Shown piece by piece: positions 55,601 to 64,000 of a stretch of DNA of 64,000 bases. Source of the DNA: Chrysomallon squamiferum (taxonomy: Eukaryota; Animalia; Mollusca); contig CM022679.1 of the NCBI GenBank assembly GCA_012295275.1, forward strand, positions 6,448,001 to 6,512,000, given 5' to 3'. The position numbers and the translations under genes are program-made. The stretch's first letter is position 1, and each line of letters opens with the position of its first letter. The notes under the pieces were generated by a model, which had not been told where the DNA came from, ran no database searches, and saw only the letters and a list, made by a program, of their open reading frames with translations.

Positions 55601-57751
55601 TATGGTTGGCTGGTTGTCCTTGAACTCAATGTGCTGCCAGTGAATCTTCTCCTTTGAATATTCCTTCTGCTCCAGCTTAAATATATGCTGGTTGAAAAAG
55701 AATTGCAATGTCTCATTTGCATAATTAATGCACAACTGCTCAAAACTGTTGGTCTTGAAATCCTGAAAAATAAAACAAAAATATATTAAGAATAGATTAG
55801 AAATATTTTCTTAAGTTTGTTATTTGATGATGATGGCAATAATAATAAGAAGAACATGTCAGATAACCCTTCATCACATGGTTCAGTTTTACAAAAATTA
55901 AACACTGTTATATAAAAGGGTATTAAAAAAAATCATAAATTCTGATAATTATTATATGAATGTAAATAAAACTTATTCTGGTCACAAATTACATACCAAA
56001 AATATAATTTTGTTATAATTTCAGATATTACAAATTAAAAAATGTATTTGTTTTTTAAAACATTATCTTACATACCTCAAAACCAAAGATGTCAAGGACA
56101 GCTAGAGAGGTTGTTTTCTCTCTCTCTGCTCGACATGTGACAGTGTTGATTCGCTCAACCAGCCATGTAAACAGACGACTGTACAAGGCTTTTGCTATGG
56201 CATCTCTGTAACAAAATATTTATATTATTACACAATTATTTATTAACTTGGTTTGACAGTGTAACTGAAATTAAATTTCTATTATTATTATTATTATTAT
56301 TATTTTTAATATAGAATCTTATTATTATGGCTTGACAGAGAAAACTTTGGTCAAATAACAAGATTATTATGTTTTGGATTTAAATTAAAAGTATATTTCT
56401 CTGCTTTAGTTAATAATGTGTTGACTAATTTTCAGTTGTTCCTATTTCAGCCTACACAAAGTAACAAATAATTAATCAACATGTACCTGGCATCCAAAGC
56501 TTGATCAAAATTGTAAGGGGAAATAACTCTATCGCCTCTGGCTTCCTGGAAAAGAAATAAAAACAATTGTTTTAAATATCCATTTTTAAACACTGATATT
56601 TCTCTGACCTTACTGTTTTCATAAATATTGTAAGAGATTCTAATATAAATTTTCATTATTTTAGTTTTAATAAAAACAAAACTTTGTCATTAAAAACAGT
56701 TTATATTGACAGATGTCATATACCCAAAATTTGCATGTCCTGTTAATGAGACAAAAGGTAAATTCTCTATGAATGAAATAAATAATTGATGAGGTACTTA
56801 CTGTAATTTTGCTGACAAGTGCTTGCTTCAGCCATTCATCAGAAAGGCCCAGTAGGTAGGCAATCCATTTGATTTCAGCATCACTGCCTAGTTCAACTGT
56901 GTCATGGTTGTCAGCATTCTGTGGTAAAATTTCAAAAGTTTCTACATTTCAGTATAAAATGTTATAAAAAGTGAAAACACAACATCACAGTGTCCAAACA
57001 TTTGCTTACATTGTTAAAATTAACATGACACAAATAACGTATTTTCAGTTTTAAAAATGAGATGTTAAACTTTAACGTACAGTTTCATTAATATAAAAAA
57101 TATTTGAATTTAATCTTCAGTATCAAAATTTAAAATATAAAAGTTAGGTTAGCACAGCATCAAAATAAAAAAACATTTCATATGCCAGTATTATCATCCA
57201 GAAGATAAAAAAGTGAAGAGATCTCAGTTTCAGATATCCATGGTAAAAGTCTAAAGTTCCAATAGAATTTAAATGAATATCATTATTTTCATTTTAGAAA
57301 ATAATTTTAAAATATTTTTGTTTCAAAAATAAAAAATAATAAAAAATATATTATTTATATTTCTATAAAGTCAATAGATACAAATAACTTATGAATTTCA
57401 AAATATTAATTGACTTTAAAAGAAAAAAGATTATTTATTGTTGCTTATTTCAAGTATGCAATTTTTCAGAAAATAATTTTTAGAAGGTAATTTGTTTAAA
57501 ATTAAGGTTCACAGGTTCAAGCTCACACTGACTGATTTGAAGTAAATATTTCCAACGTGGAGGACAGAAGCTAGAATCTTCAGAACGGTTTCCTGTTCAT
57601 CTTTCTTGAAGTTGAGAATGTCCATGGCTGACCGGACTTTACGGAAGTTTTCTGATTCATCACGGCCTGGGATCTTCATGGTGTCACCCTATGATAAAAA
57701 GTATCTGTTAAACAGCTTTTCAAAACTCTGAATCAGTACACTACATAAATT

Positions 57752-57783
<32 letters not shown>

Positions 57784-58576
57784 AATTAAAAGTAAAGAAA
57801 CAGAAAAATATATTTGTTTTCTGAGAGAAAAATTGAAAAATGCATTGTTTTGCATTTTGGTGTTTAGAAAGTTAAGAATTTTATTTCATTTACATGTAAT
57901 GCTGATTATTTCAAATATGGTAATTTTATATTTATATACTGTTTGTATTCTTATTTATTAATTTATATATGACTAACTAAAAATTAAGGACATATTAAAT
58001 ATTTTTAAAAATATTTTTTTATATTACCTTCACAAGTAAGTTTTAAGCAATAGATATGTTCTAAAAAGAGTTTTAACATATTTAATTCTCTTAAAATATT
58101 ATTATGAATACTAGACAGCTTGATTTTAGTTGTTATGTACAAAATTTTCTGTAAATGTTGAAAATAATGGACCATGAATACAAATTATAAAAACCCAGCC
58201 ACAAATGCTTTTAAAGTCAGTAGCAGGATTGCATCAGTAACTATAAAGTATTTGTTTCCTGTATTTATACCTGACTGAGGTAGAAGTATTTTGAGGAAGA
58301 CTGCAGTCCAAGTTTTGATTTCTCTTCTTCAGTCAGTGCTTCCAACATCTCGTAGAATATGTGATAGTTTCTTTCCTCTGGGGCCTGAATATACAAAACA
58401 TTCATTATTTTATCTCTTATGAAACAAATATCTGCTACATTAATATGTGTGTTTATAATGCACTAATATCAGCAATAGCAATACAGTTTTTAATAATATT
58501 ACAAATTATTAAATATTCTAAGTAAAGATAAATTTGTCATGCTCTTAATTTTGATTTTTCTTTCTTTCTTTTTTTA

Positions 58577-58620
<44 letters not shown>

Positions 58621-61027
58621 GATGTATGCAATTAAAATAATTTTTGGAATAAAAACACTTTTAATTAATTTGTTTTTATTTTTGTTTTTATCTTTTTGAT
58701 TTTAATTTTAATTAATTTAATTTTTATTTTTATTATTATTTTTCTTAATTTAATTTACTTTATTTTACTTTTATTTTTATATTTCATTTTAAGTTATTTT
58801 ATTTTAGATTTATTTAATTTTAAATTATTTTATTTTATTTTTAATTTTTATTTCTTTCTATAAGTTTCATTTGTTATTTTTTATTTTGTTTATAAATTTA
58901 ATTTATATTTCATTTTATTTATTTTATTTGATTATTTATTAATTTGATTTGATTTAATTCAATTTAATTTAATTTTTATTTAATTTAATTTTAATTTAAT
59001 TTATTCTATTTTATTTAAATTTTCAGTTTTATTTTAATATTTTATTTAATAATTATTTTTATTTGAAAAAGATTTAATTTTAATTATTTCATTTTATTAT
59101 TACTTTTATTTTAACTTTTTATTTTTATTTTTATTTTTACTATTTTATTGTTTTTGTTTTTTTATTTCATTTTTATTTGTTGCTTTGTTAATTGTTTTAG
59201 ATTTAATTTTTAGATTTTTAATTTACTTTATCATTATTATTTTTATTTTAATTAATATTTATATATATATTTTATTTCATTCTGTATATTTCATTTAATT
59301 TGTCTTTTTAATTTTTTTTAAATTTCATTTTGTTTATAGATATAGATATATATTTATTTTATTTTAATTTATTTTATTTTAATTTTTTTTATTCATTTAT
59401 TATTATATATTTTTATTTCATTTTTTAATGTTTCAGTTTATTTTAATTTATTTTAATTCCATTTACCTTTTAGAGTAGACCCATCAATTATAAAGTAAAT
59501 CAATGGAGAGAAAATAGTTTACCTGAGTTACTATCCTAGACTTCTCCAGTAAATACTCCATAGTTCTGGCACCAACTATAGAACCTCTGTATCAAAAATC
59601 AAACAGTTATATTAACATTTATATATAAACACATGTGAAGTACATCAAGACATATCATTTTAAATTAAATTAAAACACTTCCGAAAGATACATTTATTTG
59701 TGTGTTTGTATTTTATTGAATATAGACTAGCCATTTCAAATAAACATATGGATACACAGAGCAAGCTAAAAGTCTGACAAGAATGAGTCAAGGTAAATAT
59801 ATTATTGTTATTGATTATCACCTCATCATCATAATGATCACAATCATCATCATAATCATCACAATCATCATAATTAAATTAGTGTTTAAAAAACAAACTT
59901 ACTTCTTGAAGAAAACTTCAATGTATTTCCCAAATCGACTTGAATTGTCATTGCGAATTGTTTTGGCATTTCCAAATGATTCTAGAAGAGGATTTGCCTC
60001 TAAAATCTGTTCTGTGATGAGGTTGTTACCAGATTTGTTCACTGCTGCCAGGTACTGCATCACCAGCTTGGTGCTTTCTGTCTTACCGGCACCACTTTCC
60101 CCACTGGCAAATTAAATATTAGATATATTGTGATATTCTTTTTTCTTTTTGTACATTTATGTCTGATGTTAAATATATCATATTTTTAGTTCATGAATTT
60201 TGTATTTAGCAATGCTTTATTAAGCTTATGTATGTTTTTTTAAAATTATTATCCATTTTTAATAATTTATATTGTATGTGTCTGGGTTTGTGCATGTTTG
60301 TGTGTGTGTGTGTGTGCGTGTCTCTCTCTCTCTCTCTGAATGGCTGTGCATAAATCCATTTGACTATGATAATATATTAAACTATTGTTATTGTCTGACA
60401 TATTTTATGCAAAGAAATTTCTCTCTCTCTATTTTTTTTTTAATATTTCTATTTTTTTTAAATAATATTTTATATTACTTCACTTTACTTTAATTTACTT
60501 TTATATAATTATATTATATATACTTTTTAATATGCAATACTTAGTTATAAACAGCATACATATACAACATTTGCTTGTCACAGATATTATTTATTTTCAT
60601 GGTAGTAACAACATGTTATTATTTCAAAGTCTTAATTTAATATTTTTATTTTATATAAATTTGATAATGAAAAGAAAATAAAGAAAAATAACTAAGCAAA
60701 AGTAAGAAAGAAAGAAAGAAAAAAAGAAAAGAAAAACTTCAAATATCTGTAACCCAGTAGAATAGAATAATTAGTCATAAACTTCAAAAATGACATTTTT
60801 CTGGTATGATGCCAAATACCACCAACTATTTTTAACAAGTGTGTACCTTCCTTCTCATTTAATTCACTAAATAAAATAAAAAAATAATAATAATAAAAAA
60901 AAGAACAGTTAGACATTACATTCTAACCTATTAAACTTTTTTCTTTTTAAAAATAATAAATACAACAAAGAAATTCCATGACAGCATTAAAGTTTAATTT
61001 ACTGTAAGATAAAATAAAGGAAGCTTG

Positions 61028-61066
<39 letters not shown>

Positions 61067-63327
61067 AATTTTTCATTTTCCTTGACACATTTCATTATTC
61101 ACATAATCTGTAATAAAATATATAATGTCAGAGGTATTCAGACACATTATTTAGCTTTGTGCAGGTTAAGTTACGTGCAATCTTCTGGAACAATCTATAA
61201 ACAGTTACTAAACTATTAATTTGTTAGGGCAACACTGAATAAAATAAACTGATTACACCAGTACATGATTATATAAATTTATTTTAGTTTAAAAAATAAA
61301 TAAATAAACAAGAAGAGGAGGAAAAAGGAAAAAACAAATAATTTTGGATAATGGATTGTTATCCTATAATATTATATTATTAGTAAATATTTTGAAATCA
61401 AAGCACATTTTATAGCAGTATCTTTCTCCATCCTTCCATTTCTCACTCTGTCTTCCTTTCCCTCTTTTTTTTTTATTATTCATTACATGTGTAAAAGGCT
61501 TGTTGAATTTTTGTTTATAATTCATCTTTGTTTCCTAAGAAAAGATTTTTGAAATAAAAATTTCGATTTAAAATATTTTAGTTTTTTTATTTCCAAAATT
61601 TAATGTTATAGATAAAAATTCAAATGCATAAGGTGACCTTTTCATCAAACACATTATGTAAATCTAAATATTGGAGTTGAAATATGAGCAGAACAGTTTA
61701 TAACACAACATGTCTATGCATGTTTATTGACACATATATCTTAAATTTGTCTTACTGACATATCATTACTATGAATAAAAAAGATAACATTGTTTCCAAG
61801 TAACATGCAATCAACTTCAGGCTTACAGATAAAGAAATGACCACTTAGAGAACTTGAAAAATGACTTCCTTCTTTCAAAGATCTTTTACTTTAATTTAAA
61901 TTTTTGTATTGCTTTAATCAATGTTACTGAACTGATGGCATGTTTTCCATTCATATAGTTTGTCATCAGAATCTGTGATATATACCTGATTGTGAGGGGA
62001 AGGCATAAAAAAGTATAGTTAGTTTTGGTCTGAAAACTTGATGTTACAAATGTCAAATATTCTACATCAAACAGAAAATTACAAAAAGTCAGGGTTTTTT
62101 GTTTTTATTTTTTTTTTTTTTTCTTTAAAATCTTTATATGTCAACTTTCTTATGTTCTAAAATCATTTTCAAACAAAATTTTTAAAAAAATGTATTTTTA
62201 TTTACAATTATGATAAACAGAATAACTTTTGGAGAAAATAAATTAATAAAATGTTAAGAACCAAGAATATGGGAATTACTTCAGTTTTTATACGCCTGTT
62301 CAAAAGATTTTAAATCTATACTTGTAATATTTTTCTGAGTCTGATTTATGATTTTAAAAACCACAAAAGAAAGTTTTGTTGAATGATAAAATTCTTTTTT
62401 AAGGAAAATGGCCCAGTACATCTTCTTTCTGACAATTTGTAAGGGTTTGATTTATGTCTGGTGGCTTTGTTATGGAAAATAGGTTAATAATCCATTAGTT
62501 TTATTGCTAACAGCCCAAAGGATCTGACTAAACAGACTTACTATTTCAACAAATCTAAAATTTATAAGTCATAAATAAAAACTGAATAAAATGATCTAAC
62601 ATCTGAATTTACCTGATAATTAATAAATAAAACAACATGGCTTCAGATTAATCAAAGTATAATTTGGCCGTATCAACAATTTATCCTCATGTCTGAAAGC
62701 TATGTCTGAGTTATTATTATTATTTTTTTATTATTTAACAAAAAAAGTGTTAAACAATGATGTGTATATTTCCCACAGACTGGCTACAGATATGATCATG
62801 TAGTTCCACTGAACAGAATCAAACTAGCATAAATAATCTTTGATTGCCATTACACCTTGCTACAATGAATATTAAGTGCAAACAACTCAGCATAGTACTG
62901 ACATTTTATTTTGTTTGCCTGCCTGTATTACTTCGATATAATCAGAATATGACAATGAATAAGGATCCATAAATGGGAATACTGCTCTTGTGTTAAGGTA
63001 TAGGGATCTAATAACAGCACATGACAGAATGTGTAGTCAAGTATGTTTAAGAAATGTTGAAGTTATTTGTATGTGCATGTATGCATGCGTTCAATGTTCA
63101 TGCATATCTGACTGTGTCTAAATTATATCCATTAAAGATTTATTTATAATAATAATAGTTCTTTTCATTTAAAAGTAATGAAGTTTAAAAATGCTATATG
63201 AAATTTAAATAAGTTCAGAGTGTAATAAATACCAAGAATATTTGACACTTACCTGATTACCAATACCTGGTTTTCAGTAACTTTCACCATTCTGACATAT
63301 GCTGAACTTGATACTGCAAAAATATGT
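13334..63327 (-). CDS. MYO15: Unconventional myosin class XV (MYO15A / Drosophila Myo10A-like); about 50 exons, 5'-truncated by the window edge
   Basis: A continuous reading frame can be spliced through GT-AG introns with matching phases. Domain order motor-IQx3-MyTH4-(long linker)-SH3-MyTH4-FERM is that of class XV. P-loop GESGAGKT, switch [10 protein letters not shown] and switch II DIFGFE are intact. Stop TAA at 13334-13336. Confidence 0.92.
19290..19350. repeat. (AAT)n microsatellite directly abutting a myosin splice acceptor
   Basis: Direct reading. It reads (TTA)n on the transcribed strand, just upstream of exon 19208-19280. Confidence 0.95.
22576..22598 (-). CDS. Candidate 23-nt alternative microexon (phase 2 in, phase 1 out; K-RQGTNTE-G)
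   Basis: Long U-rich tract, then ttgcag|ACGCCAAGGGACAAATACAGAAG|gtaaaa. It has the same entry and exit phases as exon 21264-21367. Confidence 0.5.
23104..26927 (-). CDS. MYO15: Myosin XV pre-SH3 region and SH3 domain exons, including a 27-nt microexon
   Basis: Exons 26792-26927, 26406-26527 ([11 protein letters not shown]), 25955-26070, 25530-25620, 25281-25331, 24693-24807 ([26 protein letters not shown]), 24170-24267 ([19 protein letters not shown]), 23686-23712 (VHLARPPSR), 23104-23216 ([14 protein letters not shown]). Confidence 0.9.
24549..24631. repeat. (AAT)n/(AAC)n microsatellite
   Basis: Direct reading. It produces the spurious poly-N and poly-L ORFs. Confidence 0.95.
25034..25123 (-). 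CDS. Candidate 90-nt in-frame cassette exon immediately before the SH3 domain
   Basis: ctaat branch-like motif, U-rich tract, ccagatag|ACA...CGA|gtaacc. It gives 30 open codons ([30 protein letters not shown]), phase 0/0 like the host intron. Confidence 0.35.
27230..27445. repeat. Degenerate ~30-bp minisatellite
   Basis: Recurrent tactt(a)tgtatattt..ggtaaat units. Confidence 0.6.
27503..31776 (-). CDS. MYO15: Myosin XV low-complexity tail linker (polyQ, polyproline, Ser-rich)
   Basis: Exons 30999-31776, 30638-30719, 30195-30295, 28857-29834, 28236-28446, 27503-27882 are all phase-consistent. They include the long ORFs 30951..31748 and 28836..29783 and motifs LEQRIKGGG and [13 protein letters not shown]. 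Confidence 0.88.
32021..34994 (-). CDS. MYO15: Myosin XV first MyTH4 domain and following exons
   Basis: Exons 34861-34994, 34346-34444 (PIRSPLT..FKL), 33939-34013 (ILRFMMD), 33367-33527 ([26 protein letters not shown]), 32893-33062 ([10 protein letters not shown]), 32512-32584 (VESWTSGE), 32021-32227 ([13 protein letters not shown]). Confidence 0.92.
33162..33256. repeat. Compound (TATC)n-(TG)n microsatellite
   Basis: Direct reading. Confidence 0.95.
33576..36339. repeat. Inverted repeat pair (29 bp perfect, ~55 bp imperfect) in two different introns
   Basis: aagggttttgaaatctagctttgaaatat at 33576-33604 and its exact reverse complement at 36311-36339. Confidence 0.9.
35909..47561 (-). CDS. 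MYO15: Myosin XV converter, three IQ motifs and charged SAH-like helix exons
   Basis: Exons 47386-47561 ([29 protein letters not shown]), 36946-37030 ([14 protein letters not shown]), 36512-36601 (E/R/K-rich [30 protein letters not shown]), 35909-35990 ([11 protein letters not shown]). Confidence 0.9.
38035..38135 (+). mobile_element. Probable decayed short interspersed repeat; weaker possible copies at ~35170-35285, ~62765-62815 and ~15335-15370
   Basis: tagcagtaaaaaggtctttatatgcaccttcccccag resembles from memory a common gastropod repeat (tagcagcaagggatcttttatatgcaccatcccacagacagg). Not verified by search. Confidence 0.35.
40428..40701. repeat. ~270-bp dispersed direct repeat, copy 1
   Basis: Highly similar to 50885-51155, with an identical core of about 94 nt (40560-40653 vs 51015-51108). 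Confidence 0.9.
41015..41118. repeat. Tandem duplication, 2 x 52 bp
   Basis: A unit beginning ggattttctcattttaactaggctttgtata starts at 41015 and again at 41067. Confidence 0.92.
42111..42339. repeat. Long inverted repeat / hairpin: 91-bp arms with one mismatch and a ~47-nt loop
   Basis: 42111-42201 is the reverse complement of 42249-42339 except at one position (gtcAatg vs gtcTatg). The loop contains (CA)n and (TA)n. Confidence 0.95.
42758..42828. repeat. (AAT)n microsatellite
   Basis: Direct reading. Confidence 0.95.
46890..46955. repeat. (TG)n microsatellite
   Basis: Direct reading. Confidence 0.95.
47199..47323. repeat. 20-bp perfect inverted repeat with an 85-nt spacer (hairpin or small MITE)
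   Basis: taactggttactgtcttaag at 47199-47218 and cttaagacagtaaccagtta at 47304-47323. Confidence 0.88.
47562..47792 (-). CDS. Candidate alternative first coding exon (77 aa, Ser/Asp-rich) in frame with the converter/IQ exon
   Basis: ATG at 47790-47792 has A at -3 and an in-frame TGA six codons upstream. 77 open codons of exon-like GC content run directly into VFMKE. Confidence 0.6.
50500..51760 (-). mobile_element. Decayed, rearranged 3' fragment of an RNase H-containing non-LTR retrotransposon (I/Nimb/Loa-type LINE)
   Basis: ORF 51473..51748 has [18 protein letters not shown]....FIIYTD (RNase H). ORF 50514..50741 has [23 protein letters not shown] (C-terminal zinc-knuckle region). There are frameshifts and stops, and segment ~50650-50878 is duplicated at ~51220-51445. 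Confidence 0.8.
50885..51155. repeat. ~270-bp dispersed direct repeat, copy 2, nested in the LINE remnant
   Basis: Same-orientation match to 40428-40701. Confidence 0.9.
52560..52613. repeat. (TG)n microsatellite
   Basis: Direct reading. Confidence 0.95.
53045..63327 (-). CDS. MYO15: Myosin XV motor-domain exons
   Basis: Exons 63253-63327 ([17 protein letters not shown]), 59903-60103 ([39 protein letters not shown]), 59523-59586 ([11 protein letters not shown]), 58271-58384 ([11 protein letters not shown]), 57527-57688, 56802-56918, 56487-56545, 56076-56205 ([15 protein letters not shown]), 55535-55762 ([13 protein letters not shown]), 54918-55043, 54603-54680 (FLEKNKD), 54054-54208, 53512-53682 ([24 protein letters not shown]), 53045-53168 (YQIGATK). 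Confidence 0.95.
53855..54040. repeat. Degenerate (ACT/ACC)n trinucleotide tract
   Basis: Direct reading. It produces the Val-rich and Ser-rich pseudo-ORFs. Confidence 0.8.
58575..59460. repeat. ~0.9-kb T/A low-complexity tract
   Basis: Almost exclusively ttta/tttta/atttt variants following a (TTA)n seed. Confidence 0.9.
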
Positions 63328-64000
63328 CTGTAAACAAAAATAATATAATTAGAGGTGGTCATAATAAATAATAATAAGATCAGTAGAAGGTGTAGAACAA
63401 GATTAGGAGAAAGTGTACAAGAATATTACATGCAGGTTTCACCATCATAACAACATATAATATAAATGTATATGAAATAATAGTAAAACCAAATAAATAA
63501 ATAAACCCAAAAGAAAACCAGTTTTTAACTGTGAAGAGTGCATTTATTTTCCAAAACATAAGATAAAAAATAAGCAGTTTGTTAAAATTGTAGATATTTA
63601 TTTACTTATTTATTCATTTGTTTTTTACTTACTGACTTATATTGTTGTATTAATAAAATATTAGAGCTGCATATTAAATAGAGGTTGCAGATGTATGAAA
63701 TATTTTCTAGTCACTTATTGCTATGTATTCTAAGTATGTGTTATATACAACAAATAAATAAGAATAGTTTTAATTTCTTTTTATTATATATTACAAATAC
63801 CACTATGTATTGCTGTAACAACATTAAAGAAAAATTTGAAACACATATGCTTCATTATTAACATAATAGGCAGTATGAAAGAAAAGTTACACTCAGATAC
63901 CTTTATCAAATCTTACTACACAATAATTACTATAACACAAATTTCAAATGAAGACAAGAATTAGGGGAGATAACTTTGGTTTGCTTGATCAAGCAAATAA

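Noticed and set aside
1-64000. CRISPR arrays, tRNA/rRNA genes, prokaryotic operons or genetic-code reassignment
   Set aside because: No repeat-spacer arrays or structured RNA genes were recognised, and all assembled exons translate without in-frame stops in the standard code.

Overview
This is AT-rich, intron-rich animal DNA with GT-AG introns and many microsatellites; it is probably molluscan, but that is a low-confidence inference from repeat style. Three spliced genes can be assembled by hand. (1) The 5' four coding exons of an ANKRD54/LIAR-like ankyrin gene on the minus strand (ATG at 1894, running off the left edge). (2) A complete 13-exon ALG1 beta-1,4-mannosyltransferase on the plus strand (2270-8478), head-to-head with ANKRD54 across 375 bp that carry an ETS motif. 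(3) Most of a class XV unconventional myosin on the minus strand (about 50 exons, 63327 to stop at 13334): motor, 3 IQ, SAH-like helix, MyTH4, long Q/P-rich linker, SH3, MyTH4, FERM; its 5' end lies beyond the right edge. The most unusual signals are all in the myosin gene. First, a coding-like 77-codon extension with its own ATG is fused in frame to the converter/IQ exon and predicts a headless myosin XV isoform. Second, a phase-matched pair of candidate mutually exclusive exons after the SH3 domain is separated by crossing long-range RNA complementarities resembling docking/selector elements. Third, a 29-bp perfect inverted repeat brackets a 390-nt in-frame four-exon block. Fourth, there is a 91-bp near-perfect intronic hairpin, plus further candidate cassette and poison exons. 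A decayed RNase H-bearing non-LTR retrotransposon and a ~270-bp duplicated element sit in the long introns. All coordinates were read by eye; no database searches or folding computations were run.
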